Below are positions 44,376 to 57,839 of a stretch of DNA of 64,000 nt, piece after piece. This stretch comes from Candidatus Nitrosocosmicus sp. (lineage in GTDB: Archaea; Thermoproteota; Nitrososphaeria; Nitrososphaerales; Nitrososphaeraceae). Location: assembly GCA_029194465.1 (NCBI GenBank), contig JARFXS010000002.1:41413-105412 (forward strand). Reading direction: 5' to 3'. The notes under the pieces are model-generated. The model saw only the letters and a list, made by a program, of their open reading frames with translations. It was not told the DNA's origin and made no database searches. The first letter of the stretch is position 1; every line of letters begins with the position of its first letter. The translations under genes were made by a program, and so were the position numbers.

Positions 44376-47354
44376 TTGATAAAGTTCGATGTTCATAAAA
44401 GTAAAAGAATCAGATATGCCTTGATTGTCATAATTCCTATTGCACTATCTGCATTTACTCACTTATGGAACCCAATAGGATTTCCAACTATATATATTGA
44501 TGAGGATCATTACTTGAGGCGGGCTTCGCAAGTTATGGAAGGCCAGGGACCCCAGGAATCAAGCACTATTTATGATCATCCGTATGATCATCCGTATTTT
44601 GGACAGATATTTTTAGCATCTATGTTAAAATTAACTGACTATAAGGTCCCAACAGAACAGTCATTTGAGAGTCCAGAATCAATTCAACAACTGTATACTC
44701 TACCCCGATTAATAATGGGAGTTCTTGCAGTAATAGATACTTTTCTGGTATACAAAATAGGGGAAGTTTGGAACGGTCGAAAGGTAGGATTTGTAGCAGC
44801 TATTTTATTCGCAGTTATGCCACTGACATGGATGTTAAAAATGGTATTATTGGATTCGTTGCTACTGCCTTTTTTCTTGGGTTCAATATTATTGGTCCTT
44901 TATTCAGGCAAGATGAAAAAGGACAAAGTCCCATACAGCAAAATATTAGTGATACTATCAGGTATTACGCTGGGTTTAGCTATATTTACAAAAGTGCCAA
45001 TAATCACATTTATTCCCTTGATTGGATATTTAATATTCAAACATCAAAGAAGTTTCAAGGTTTTAGGTATTTGGTTAATACCAGTGTTATTAATTCCCCT
45101 TATTTGGCCCGCTTACATTATCTATAGTGGAAATTTTGAAAATGGACTTAATGGTATATTATATCAAGTAGAACGTGGAGAACGAAATTTTAATGATACT
45201 CTCACATTCCTTTTGCAGGCAGATCCAGTATTGATAATTTTGGGTATCGCAGGGGGCATAGCAATTACATTGATAAAACGCGATTTGATTTTTTTGCTAT
45301 GGGTTATACCGTACTTTTTATTTATTGCCAATGTGGGTGGAATAGTAAAATACTTTCATTTTATCGAACTATTACCAATATTTTCTATTTCAGCAGGATT
45401 TATAATAGTTATGGTTAGCAATAAATTATCTTTGATAATTAAGAAGCGCGAGGGTAACAATAAATTACCAAAAATCATATCCATCACTTGAATAGCAGGG
45501 ATAGGGATGTTTGGATTAATTAGTACTTTGATACTAATTGGAACAAACACAAATGAAACTTTTTTTGAGCTTTCTGCATTTATATCAAATTATGTTACAT
45601 CCAACACTAATCTAGATGATGAAACTACTCTAATGGGACAGCATTGGATTCGGAGTTTCTCATGGATCCCTATGTATGTTCATGGCACAATCAATTATGT
45701 TAAAGATGTATTTCCTGAACGCTATTTGAAGGAGCCACTAAAGACAAATGATGTTATGATGGTTGTAGACGGTCAACTAAAACATGATATATTAGACTAT
45801 TCCGTACAAGGTAAACATCTAGATGAGATCAGAAAAATATACCACGATTCGGACAGGATAGGGATGTTTGTGGATAGTCCCACGAGTAATTACAATACCA
45901 ACCAATATCCATTTACTAATATGAAGGAGAGTAGAGGACTTGGTCTCATTGAGATCAGATCAAATCAAGCAGATGATAACAATATGGTGTTTGCTTTGAC
46001 TACCAATGATTCATCAGATAAGAAGGACATGAATATTACTACGCCCAAACTGGAAATGCCCACACTGACTGACCAGAGTCTAAAGGTCGAACTTGTAGCG
46101 AGTGGACTAAGCTATCCTACGACCATGGCGTTCGTAGGAAAAGATGATATTTTAGTATTAGAGAAAAATAATGGTACTATAAAAAGAATCTTAAATGGAA
46201 ATCTTTTAGAGAAACCTGTTCTCGATTTGAATGTCGCAAATAAAATAGAAAGAGGGTTGTTAGGGATTGCTGTTGCTAATCAGACTTTAAAGAACGATGC
46301 TAATGAAAAAACCTATATATATCTTTTCTACACTCAATCGCTTAAGGATGGTAACGATGTATGCTCTGGTGCAACGGTATGCGATGAGAATACAAATCCA
46401 CTTGGTAACAGAATATACCGATTTGAGTGGACAGACAATAAATTGATCAATCCAAACCTGATTCTAGACATACCTGCGGGACCAGGAGCAGATCATAATG
46501 GCGGAGTTATTAAAGTAGGTCCAGATGGTAACATTTATGTCCTTGCTGGGGATGGTGATAGTTGTTGGGAAGATGAATTTTGTACCGGTACATTTGAAGC
46601 TAGTACTGTCAATGCAGAATCATCTAATGTACCCTCTGGTCATCCACCTGATGGAAGAGGCGGAATATTAAGAATCACCCCCTACGGAGAACCTATTTTG
46701 ACTGGAGAAAATAAGACTACAGGTATTTTAGCTGATCATAGCCCCCTCAATAAGTATTTTGGCTATGGAGTAAGGAACGGTTTTGGTCTTGCCTTTGATC
46801 CAATCTCAAACAAACTTTGGGATACGGAAAATGGTCCCGGTTACGGTGATGAAATTAATTTGGTTGAGCCCGGATTCAATAGCGGTTGGTTAAGAGTACA
46901 AGGCTGGTGGCCTGTTGAGAATGCACAACCGCTACCTCCTGAGAGAGGATATTTTGGAGACAAGATGGTAACAATACCAAATAACTTAGAGACATTTGCG
47001 GATAAAGGAAAATATAGTAGTCCAGAATTTGCTTGGAACATGTCTGTAGGAGTAACTGCTCTAGAATTTCTTAGAAATAATACGTTAGGAAGTCAATATC
47101 AAAACGACATGTTTGCTGCTGACTATAATAACGACTATTTGTATAATTTTGATCTAATAGAAGACCGAACACGTCTGGATCTAAATGGAAATCTGGCAGA
47201 TAAAGTAGCCAACAATAATCAAGAACTTGACGGTATTGTATTCGGACGTGGATTTGGCATCGCCACTGACATCAAGGAGGGCCCAGATGGATATCTTTAT
47301 GTTCTTTCTCATCTCCATGGTAATCTCTATAGAATAGTTCCTAATTCAGATTAA
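44376..47354 (+). CDS. GT39-like glycosyltransferase fused to a PQQ-dependent sugar dehydrogenase, interrupted by one in-frame TGA at 45489-45491
   Basis: The 44376 and 45507 ORFs share a frame (ISIT*IAGIGMFGL). The start of the second ORF aligns to the C-terminal third of the 41611 paralog (QYPFT.M...G..EIR), followed by GSDH motifs. Confidence 0.8.
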
Positions 47355-47708
47355 GATCTAATTTTTTTCTTTATTCATGAGTTTGGAAATCAGACCGATC
47401 TACTTTTTTTGTTTTTTTTTTACAATAAATCATAGAAATCATCAATCAAAAACAATAATTCGGCAAAATTAGTCAAGGTTTCAACAATTATGAAAAGCCA
47501 ATCAATCACAAATATGATATCATCAAAAGATGACTTAAAACTACATATTGTAATTCATACAAATTGTTGATCAAATTACAAGATCGTTAATCAAATTTTA
47601 AATCCAAACCAAATCTTTAATCTAACAAACCTATTCTTATATTAGAAAACAATCGTATGTATTATATAGTATTTTAATAAATTAATGGTGTGAGATGAGG
47701 GGTTACCA

Positions 47709-48938
47709 ATGACAATGTTAAATGTAAGTGATACCATACCAAAAACTACAGAATATAAAAAATTTGTATCCATCATCATACCTACTTTTAACGAATCTAA
47801 GAATATTACGGATTTACTTAATCAAATTCAATCAAATATACCTGCAGGAACGAATGTAGAAATCATAATTGTGGACGATAACTCCCCTGATGGAACTGGT
47901 TTGATAGTAGAAAAATATATCAAGGAAAAAATAAGCACATTACATAGAGATCAGGTAAACCCAGGCACCTCAATAAAGATAATTCATAGAAAAGAAAAGA
48001 CTGGCTTGATTTCGGCCCTTGTGAACGGAATTAGTACAAGCGAGGGCCAAAACGTCCTAATCATGGACGCTGATTTTTCACATCCTCCCGAGGTAATAAA
48101 CAGAATGATATCAGAGTTAAAGAAAGAACCCAACTGCATTATTATCGGTTCTAGATACATTACAGGCGGAGCTATCAATGGGATGCCCTTTAAAAGATTA
48201 TTGCTCAGTATAGGAGCAAATTTTATTGCCAGATATGGATTATGTTTAAAAAATGTTTATGACCCGATGTCAGGGTTTTTTGCCTTTCCAAAACATACAC
48301 TTCATGGTATGGAATTTAATACAGATGGATTTAAAATATTGTTAGAAATTTTAATAAAGAAAAAAAATACTGTCAAGGTGAAAGAGATACCTTACACTTT
48401 TAAGGATCGAAAATACGGACATAGCAAACTCAACTTTCCAATAATTTTGGAGTATATTAAGGCAGTTTGGAAACTCTATCGATATGGAAGAAAATCTAAG
48501 AAACAAAACACTCAATTAGAAAAGAGAAAATCGGTTCGATTTATTTCAAAGGCGGCTAGATTCTATACCGTAGGATTTAGCGGCTTTGTTTTAAATTATT
48601 TGATATCAATTCTTTTATCAAATGGAATCTTGGGGAACCTTGGATATTTGCAAGCCACTGCAGTTGGGATAGCCGTATCAGTAACCACAAATTTCTTGCT
48701 AAATAAATTCTGGACTTTCGAAGACAAAAATGTCAATTTGACACGATTCTTAAGACAATACGGAATGTTCATTGGATGTAGTTCATTGGGCATCCTAATA
48801 CAGTTCTTGTCAATTTATATGCTCAGAGAATCAGGCATTCCATATGATGTTTCACTCTTAATAGGAGTCACAGTAGCATCAGTTAGTAATTTCTTATTTA
48901 ATAAAAAATGGACTTTCAAGGAAAATATATGGGAATAA
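47709..48938 (+). CDS. GT2 polyprenol-phosphate glycosyltransferase (DPM1-like) with a C-terminal GtrA domain
   Basis: IIPTFNE, VDDNSPDGT, MDADFSHPP, GSRY, DPMSGFF. GtrA motifs NFLLNKFWTF and NFLFNKKWTF. Confidence 0.92.
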   Translation: MTMLNVSDTIPKTTEYKKFVSIIIPTFNESKNITDLLNQIQSNIPAGTNVEIIIVDDNSPDGTGLIVEKYIKEKISTLHRDQVNPGTSIKIIHRKEKTGLISALVNGISTSEGQNVLIMDADFSHPPEVINRMISELKKEPNCIIIGSRYITGGAINGMPFKRLLLSIGANFIARYGLCLKNVYDPMSGFFAFPKHTLHGMEFNTDGFKILLEILIKKKNTVKVKEIPYTFKDRKYGHSKLNFPIILEYIKAVWKLYRYGRKSKKQNTQLEKRKSVRFISKAARFYTVGFSGFVLNYLISILLSNGILGNLGYLQATAVGIAVSVTTNFLLNKFWTFEDKNVNLTRFLRQYGMFIGCSSLGILIQFLSIYMLRESGIPYDVSLLIGVTVASVSNFLFNKKWTFKENIWE

Positions 48939-49246
48939 CAAAATTGTGTAACTGAATCATTTTTAAGTTCATAAAAGCGTTCGAACTGAATTGAGATCTA
49001 AACAATCTTTTTTCAACTAGTATTCAATTACAATGTTATCTGTTAGTGAGAGTTTGACACAGAATCTATATCAGAGAAGGTATGTATTATTCACATAAAA
49101 ACAAAGATACTGAAATAAAATAGTGAAGAATCAGAATAGTCCCTCCATAATTGGTCAACCTAAAGGTATTTAGTTCAAAGTTTCTGCCATGTAACCATTA
49201 ATAACTATATTAATTAATAAGCAAATATGAGAGGTATAGATAATTA

Positions 49247-50194
49247 ATGAATTCTATGTCTTCGTCATTATCAGCTAGTAGTGAAACTGCAACCACAACT
49301 CCGATTACGACAAAAATTATCACTATTGCAGACTTGAATAACTTAAAAAAAGATCGAACAATCCTTATTGCCGGATTCCCAGGGCCTGGGCTAGTCGGCT
49401 CAATTAGTACAAGCTATATAATTGACAAATTAGAAATGTATCAGATTGCATTTGTAGAATCTCATTACATATCTCCCGGAGTAATATTTATTGATGGTAA
49501 GTTAAGACACCCATTTAGGTTATACGCAAACAAGGAAGGAAATGTTTGTGTTTTGGTATGTGAAGCGCCTATAATGATGGATGGTATACATTTTGTTCTA
49601 GATGCTGTAATGGATTGGGCGATGAAAAATTCGATAGAAGAAGTGATGGTTTTAGATGGAATTCCTGTTCAAGGCATACCTGATTCTGATAGAAAAACAG
49701 TGATTTTGGCAAGCGAGAATATGGAACAGAGCACAAATAAAGAAATTAAAGTTACAGATGATGAAGTAAAAAAAGATAATGGAAGTGAGACCGAATTTGC
49801 CCCGGACGATGGATCTAACCCACAAAGTAATTTCAATAGAAAAGCGATTGAAGATTCAACTAAGAAGTATACTACATTCATAGGGGGTATTGCAGGCGGA
49901 TTGTTGTCTGCTTGTTTATCTAATCAAATTCCATGCGCTGCGATCCTTATTCCATCTTCGAGCGGAATTCCCGATCCTGAAGGAGCCTCTTTATTGATTG
50001 AATCATTTAATAATTTTATTAAAGACAATAAACTAAAGATTGAGACGAGTCAATTGAGAGAACAGGGACAAAAATTGAAGAAACAATTAGAACAAATTAT
50101 CAAAGCTGAACAGGAGCAGCGTGCTGCAGCTGGAGGAGGAGGAGGAGGATCTGAGGATGGGAACGTTCCAAGTCATCGATTGATGTATGGCTAA
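49247..50194 (+). CDS. PAC2-family proteasome assembly chaperone/activator (PbaA/PbaB-like)
   Basis: IAGFPGPGLVGSI, HPFRLY, IPDPEGA. C-terminal HbYX-type MYG. Confidence 0.88.
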   Translation: MNSMSSSLSASSETATTTPITTKIITIADLNNLKKDRTILIAGFPGPGLVGSISTSYIIDKLEMYQIAFVESHYISPGVIFIDGKLRHPFRLYANKEGNVCVLVCEAPIMMDGIHFVLDAVMDWAMKNSIEEVMVLDGIPVQGIPDSDRKTVILASENMEQSTNKEIKVTDDEVKKDNGSETEFAPDDGSNPQSNFNRKAIEDSTKKYTTFIGGIAGGLLSACLSNQIPCAAILIPSSSGIPDPEGASLLIESFNNFIKDNKLKIETSQLREQGQKLKKQLEQIIKAEQEQRAAAGGGGGGSEDGNVPSHRLMYG

Positions 50195-50840
50195 ACATCG
50201 ATTCTCTTTCATGGGAATACAAACAGATATTTGAACGCATTCGCGAAGTATCTCAGAATTGTCTTACCTACCTCCTTTTACCAAATTATTCCAGAAGTAT
50301 GTAATCCGCTAGAGACGGAGGCATAACCTAGAGATGTTGTATGACTAGCATTTTAAACTAAATACAAATAACGATATTTTCTTGATTGTATGATTATCTT
50401 ATAAATATAGATATTTAATATAGTATTACCACTTGTCACATACTAAGGAAATATTTTCTATTAAAATATTAGAAAATTAACAATAATTAGAACAAAAACG
50501 GACAATTTGACCATCAGAAAATACGGAATGGAGAAAAGACTTTTAGGTTGAGAAATATTACCAAAAGTCTATCACACTGAAAATGGAAAAATAAAATGCA
50601 ATAACTGCGTTTGCTGGATTTACATCTTTATAGATGCGCTAATATCGTACATGGTACAGCTTTCAGAATCAAAAATACTAATTTGAACTGCATTTGATGT
50701 CATATTGGGGTTCATACTAGGTTTCATAATCATAATGGTTTCTGGTGTACATAATCATAATCATAATCATCTAACTGTCGCACCTTTGCAGTATGATTAC
50801 CTATTAGAATATAGGTTTTAGTAATCTACCATATCAATAA

Positions 50841-53191
50841 CTAGATTATTTTTTTTACAATCAAATGAAGTGTCCCTGCACGTCGATATAATTCGCCAAT
50901 AATATCAAAAGTATTACCCTTTTTTAATAACGCCCTAGGACCAAAGTAATCCTGAGGTTCCAAAGAAGCATACCACTTTTCATTAACGATTACGATTGCT
51001 TTGCCCATTACAATCTTTTCAACGGATACAGAATATTTACTTCCAGATATAAACTTGATAGATTCGATTAATGCAATTGTATTCTTATTAAGCCATATAG
51101 TTCGCTTCATTTTGGTTAGGTTTTCAATTGCCTTTCTAATAATCTGATGATCAATGCCTACCACCTCATTTAGATATGAAATTTCTAGTCCAGTTTTCCC
51201 TGCCTTTCCGAGTAAGTCATGTATTTGTCTTTGAACTCGCTTGACTAATTTCTTTCTATCCAGATTCAATGAGACTTCATAAAGATCTTCCAAGTTTCTT
51301 TTTGTAAAAGGTATAGATTGTTCTGAATCATGGGAGCTATGATGACGATAGGACAGGTTCTTGACAAGGTTTTTAATTTTCTTATTAGAATTTGAAGAAA
51401 TAGAATCCAAAATGGGATTAATATTTTCGTTGTAATTATCTTCATTTACAGATTCAGAATATTGTTTGGATTTTTCATACAGGAAAAAGAGTTCGATTCA
51501 AGCATTTTGTCGGGATTCTTGAAAAGTTCTCTTGTCATGTTTCTCAAAAAGTAAAATTTGAATTCTGAAGACTTGATTTCATCCGATTAACTTTTCTTTT
51601 AGAAATCTCCAAATATTTTGTATCGATAGAATTTTTAGAAATTAGAATGACTACCATTCCATTGGAAAATCTGCCCGTCCTACCTTTCCTTTGTATAAAC
51701 CGAATTTCGCTTGGAACAGGTTCATAAAATAGTACTAGATCAACATTTGGGATATTAAGACCCTCCTCTGCAACGGACGTAGCAACAAGTACCGGGAACT
51801 TTCCCATCTTAAAATCACCAAGAATTGATAATTGTTTATCCTGACTGAGGCCTTTCTGTCCATTTTTATTTGATTGACCGTAGAATCCTCGACAGGGTAT
51901 ACCATTGTAATTTAGAAAGTTTGTGATTTCTTCAAGCGTATCACGGTATTGAGAAAAAATCAAAATCTTTTTTTGATAATTAGTAGCTACTAGTTTGTCT
52001 TTGCAGTCTTTGTAATTCAAATTACCCTGTTTAGTAATAACAGTATCAGTATCCCTAGATGAATTCCAGGATGTTTTTATGTCTTCTTTTAGATCAAGAA
52101 ACTGACTAACTACTGATAACACTTTGATTAATTTAGGTGGAGGTTCATTATTATCATCCTTTAATTTTTCGATTATCTCTTTTACTCGTGAACCAAAAAT
52201 AGTTCCTGATACGTTTTACTTTCGGGGATATCTTTGGCGTTGTCTAAGAATTTTTTGAGGGGCAAGCTTGCCTTGAGATTCAACTAAATCACGACAGTAT
52301 AACAAGATCAAAGATAAAGATTGAAACTTTAAAGCACTAAGTAAGAAAAAATTCATATTTTTTGATCTAGTTTTGATTTTATATAGTCTCCAAGTGACAA
52401 GAGATCCTTTCTATATACATTTTCAACCTTCCTCTTCTTATGAATTGCTATTGATTAGCCATAAGATTTTATCATTAATTAAGGGAATTCAACAGGGTTG
52501 ATAGATCCTTCTGATGATCATTCATTTCGGATGCAGTAATGTTTGCGTTAGTATCAAAGATATATGGTAACACATCATCATCTCTTTCAGATTTGGCATG
52601 ATTTGCTTCTATAAATAGATTTGAACAAATCTCTTTGATTTTTCTTTTGCTCCGGGGCTAGCAGATAATCCCAGGACCAGTGGATGCTTACCATGATCAG
52701 AATTGTTGTAAAATTGTCTAGAAATGATGTGTTAACTATAGTCTTTGGATGTTTTTGGGCTTCATCAAATATAATCAAGTAAAATTCATCTTTATTAAGT
52801 GTACCATCTCGGATATCATTCTTTATCAACTCGGTGTAGTAAAGCATACCCTAAACGAAGAGGATTTCCCAAATTGTTTTTCTAATTTCTGGTCCTATCT
52901 TACCTGTTAAGGCAATACATTGGTCTAAGAGAAAAGTATTCTTTTTGAACAATTGAAAATGTTGAAAAACCAAAGGACGCGTAGGAGCAAGAATTAGAAC
53001 CTTTGATTTTTTCCAGTTAAGTAAAATGTCAAGACTAACTAATAAGGCAACAATTGTTTTTCCTAATGACGTAGGGATCACAACTAGTGAATTCTCATAT
53101 AACGCCCTATTTACAATATCTTCCTGGTATTGTCGATATTTAATCATTTCATCCCCTTAATAGAGGATGAACAAAAATAGTTATTGACCAA
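50841..53191 (-). pseudogene. Hef/Mph1(FANCM)-like SF2 helicase, multiply frameshifted (probably assembly errors)
   Basis: YRQYQ, IPTSLGKT, LAPTRPL, FDEA, FSQYRDT, ATSVAEEG, QRKGRTGR in order across several frames. Confidence 0.85.
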
Positions 53192-53254
53192 AGTTAGATT
53201 TTAAAATATCAGAGAAGGCTAGTAATGGTGGTATCGGATCGAAGTTATCAATAT

Positions 53255-53578
53255 TCAGATCTCAAATACCTCATTTGATTCACTTTACCATGGTTTTCCT
53301 TTCAGGGTTAACGCTGTCAATAGATTGTGCTAATTGTAAAACCTTTAGATTTACTAATTAATTCCAATATGGAATTTGCTTCTTCTTAAGGATTTCCATT
53401 ACAATCCTCTTTACTGGGAGTGCCATTGAATTGGAGTGATTAATTTCATTGCTATCGTTGCTGGTCTGCCACGATATTCAGGAAGTTTTAAAAAAAAAAA
53501 CGCTATGTTGGTGGTGGTTTTCTTTCCCAATCTTTACCTTCTTTTTAGAAATTGTGATAATCTTTCGTCACCTGACAT
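53255..53578 (-). pseudogene. Small archaeal-type hypothetical protein, frameshifted
   Basis: Fragments MSGDERLSQFLK, EGKDWERK, LKLPEYRGRPATIA, VLQLAQSIDSVNPE read consecutively across frames. Confidence 0.5.
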
Positions 53579-53835
53579 TTATGCAATCAATAATTATTTC
53601 ATCTACTATCCTTTTAATTTTATCTATTCACTTATCAATTAGAATAATATACCAAAAGTTTTTAATATATAGCACGAAGGTATGGAGCAGAATGAACTGT
53701 CCTGGTAATTCAAATGTTAGAAAAGACTTTGAAATAGGAATTAGACCAATGATATTAACATGTAGAATCTAGCACCATTGGGAATTGAAATAGATTTAAA
53801 TAAAAAACCTCTTGATATATCACATATAAAAAAAA

Positions 53836-55218
53836 TGCTGTGACTTAGCCAAGATAGGATATGGGCACTATTCTATTAGACGGTGATTTTCTACAATTCA
53901 TATTCAGTGTTTGACCCTAGAAGTAATAGATATCGCAGCCCTAGGTATCTACTATCCAGAAATAGTTCACTATTTCACGAAGAAATAAAATTGATTATAG
54001 AGAAGCATTGAGACTACATCATTCCGCTCAATAGGAACCAATTCAAAATAACCAATGAATTAAGGGACTATCAAAAGAGGTTGAATAAATGGATAACACA
54101 CAATATGAAAGGATGATAATTCGCTCAACGGTGCAGGCAAAACAATAATTGCGTTAAATGCAATATTGAAAACAAATACCTCAATCACTTGTAATAGTTC
54201 CAACATTAAATCTGATGGAACAATGGTTTGAATAATGGAAAATATCCTAAAGATGAAGAACTAGATAGGAGAAGTCGGAGGTGGCTATGAAAGACATAAA
54301 AAGTATTACAATCACAACATATGATTCAGCTTTATCTAAAAATCAGCATATCTAGGAAATAAATCGAATTTTGATATTTGATGAAGCATATCACCTGGCT
54401 TCTGATAATATTCATTGATAGGAGAACAATTCATTTCTCCTTACCGAATGGGTTCAACAGCAACAATAGAGCGTGAAGATGGTAAACATGTGAATATTTA
54501 CAAATTAGTAGGAAAGATAGTGTTTAGTAAAGATTTTTATGAACTATCTCAAGATAATCATCTATCCAAATTTAGATTGAAAAAGATTAAGGTAGAGATG
54601 TTGCCAGACGAAATTTTACAATATAAACGGAGAATTTTTCAATATAATCAATTGTTAAAAGAAGCAAGGATCTTCTTATCCCATCAGACTAGAAAGATTA
54701 ATCATCCTATCTGGAAACAATAGCAATCTTTGAAAAGTTTTTACTTTTTGAGAAATGAAGCCAGATATGTTTCAACAGCTATGCAAAAATTGTAGAATTA
54801 GAAAAGATATTAAAACACCATACCAGTTGTGAGAAAAACAATAATTTTTACGGTTCATACTAAACTGGCCTATATTATTTCAGACAGATTTTTGATTCCC
54901 GTCATAACACATAGAACAAAGAATGAAGAAAGGAATGAAATCTTGAAAAAATTCAAGAAAGCGATTGCATAGAATTATTGTCACCACCAAGGTTTCGACG
55001 TGGAACAGATAACCTGATGCCAACATATACATAATAATGGTATCACTGGAAGCAAAAGAGAATTTGTTCAAAGACTAGGAAGATTACTCAGACCTAAAAA
55101 AGATACTGAAAACATGGCTAATCTTATTGAAATAATTTCATCCGACACAAGCGAAATCTTCACTAGCAACAGAAGAAACAAAGGGATCAACAATAAAAAA
55201 CAATTAATAGACAAATAA
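53836..55218 (+). pseudogene. xpb: XPB/Rad25-like helicase, multiply frameshifted
   Basis: LRDYQK, GAGKT, VPT, IFDEA.HL, TATIEREDG, QRLGRLLRP. Confidence 0.85.
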
Positions 55219-55292
55219 GATCAGTGTTACTAAATGAGAATATCATCTAATAGTCCGAGTCTGATGATCAGAGAATGGTTAGTGAATAAGAA

Positions 55293-57244
55293 ATGATATC
55301 TTCAGATTTACTAAGATGTAAATTGGATAATAAAAGTTATAAAATATATCCCATTTTATGTTCTCTGGAACAGAACTCTAAAGACATCGAACAGCCAAAA
55401 TGTCATACAGTTTTTGAATTTTCCTATCAAAATAGCGGCATAAAGGAAAAGTTGAATCAGTCTCTTAAGGGTCTGGAGCAAACTTATAAAGACTATGCTT
55501 CCATTAGAGGATTAGCCGCAGTTTTAGAAAAAAGATGCACATTTAGATCCATATCGCTAGTTAACTCAAAAGATCCCATCATAGCGATCCAAAACAGCCA
55601 ATTGAAATTTTCAAAAATTCTCTGCGATGGATATTAAAGAAGCGTTTTTGATGAATCAGCCAGCCAGAATATCGCCGTTAGTGAGCAATCAAGGAAAACA
55701 ATTCTTGAGAAAATATCTGGTAAACTAGGAATATCCAACGAGATGTTGTCAAAAGCAATGGTCTGATCTTGATGAAAACATGATAATAGATACTTTTGAA
55801 CCAACAGTGTCGATAAGTTACCTTTTTTATAATGTATCTTTGATTCAGACCTTACTTTACCTGCCTAAAATTAGAATAGATTTGGGGTCGAACCTAAATC
55901 TAGGAACTCGTGGGAAAGAGCAATGTAAAGTAAAAAAGGCTCGGTTACTTATTTGTTAGAGGTAGAGGTAACTACCCCAAGATTCTAAAGAAAATACGAT
56001 AATTTGTTCCATTGAAGGTGCTTGAAATGTAAGAAATTGACCGATAGATATGGCACGCGATATCAAAAATAATACCCAACATTATGAAATCAGAAAGATG
56101 GCACCTACAGGCAGATATTTCTTCAGGGTAACAAATATGAAGAAACTAGTTTAAGGAATTTGGAAATTTCTGGAAAAGTTCTATCCAAATTCACTTCCTT
56201 CAGATAAAATGATTAAAATGCATTTAAATTCTTTTATAAGAAACAACGAATCAAAGAAAGATCCTTTTCAATGAATAAGAAATCCCATAGTGAATATGAT
56301 TCAAAAGATAGAAAGGATTTAAACATCCAAGAAATCGATATCGAGAACCTGATGGATAATTCTACGTAAGTCGATTCTTTGACAGCAAAATAGAAAAGAT
56401 ATATTTTCAAAAATTTGAACTATTTAAAACAGGATGGACTATCGAGCGCGAACCGGAACCTATTATAACAAAACAAAAAACTGCTTTATACTAGATTTTG
56501 TCTTGTCAAAATTTGACAACAGCGTATTTGTTGAGATTATTGGCTTCTGGACAAAAGAATATCTCGATAGAAAAATAACTAAAATATTTGGAAATAGTTA
56601 ACAAAAAAAAACCATGATGAAAAATTTTCATGATCCTTGTAATCAATCTTGAAAATTTGATGTCGCATGAATTAAATGAAGAAGATGAGATAGCCCATAT
56701 TAAAAATAATAGAATGTTGATAACCTCTTATAAGAACGATAAGATTTCATTCAGAGAGATACTAAATATATTAAAGATATTGAAAACATTTACATAAGTC
56801 GTAATGTTCTTAATACACAGAATCAGAATAAGATCATTCAAAATATGATAGGACTCGTAGAAGAATTTATAAAATCTGAAGTAAATTTTGTATTTAAACC
56901 TGGATGAAATGTTGAAGAGACATTGCATTAATGGTGACGCATTCTTGAAGGTGAGCTTCAAGGAGTTGATGTGATGGTGAATAATGATTTCAAATTCATA
57001 TTTGAAAGTGAGTTATCCAAAAACGACTAGTAATGATTGATGATTATATCCTCAAGACGCAGTTTATTGAAAAGATTTAGAAAGATATAAAAAATATCAT
57101 TAATTTGGGCGAAGCATGTAATATTCTAGATTCCAAAAAATACCCGAAAGGATATGATCTTTAATCTACTCACGTCGTTTTGGATTCCATATTGAGGAAT
57201 GGCTCGGACTATTCGAAAGCCAAAATAACATTGAAAAACAGTGA
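55293..57244 (+). pseudogene. bax1: DUF790/Bax1 endonuclease, multiply frameshifted
   Basis: MISSDLL, FDSKIE, GWTIEREPEP, DF...FVEIIGFWTKEYL.RK. Located directly after XPB. Confidence 0.8.
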
Positions 57245-57839
57245 TTTACCAGTATAGCAAATTATTTTTAGACAGAACAGATATGTTTTTAAATTGAATC
57301 ATAAAATAGCCCTCAGGAGAGATCATGTTTCAATTGGCTTGAGGCATTTTATTCAAAACTAATAGATGTGATAACATGTATTCATAAAAGTAAAACAGAT
57401 TTAAAATAAGAAGATTGGTATATTGTATTTGAAGAGTGCGGAGAAAAGGGATTTGCAGCCATTCAATGATTCAAAATAATTGATAAAAAGAACAACATTG
57501 AAAAAGTTGAAGTGAAAAAGCAAAAAGGACAAATGGCTGAGAAATATTAAGGAAAAGCTTCGAGAAATGTTCAGTGGTGCTAGGAAGCAATTTCCATTTT
57601 GATGGAAACATAGATAAACTCTTGAATGGGAAAGCATCCATCTTCGACACCTTGCATCTGATTCTGATAAATCATTCAATAATTTCATTTTTATCCAACG
57701 GACATGATAATATATTATCATTCTAAATCGGGTATGGAGTAGAAAGAAGAAAACATAAAAGTCATGAAATAAACGAGATTAACCAGTCACTGATGATGTA
57801 AAAAAGTAACTATGACCGGGTATAAGAATAATAAGAGAT

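Noticed and set aside
45489..45491. In-frame TGA as selenocysteine
   Set aside because: It lies in a TM helix with no Cys at the equivalent position in the paralog, and no selenoprotein context is evident.
53436..53772. Plus-strand ORFs 53436..53642 and 53449..53772
   Set aside because: Antisense to a more protein-like frameshifted minus-strand gene.
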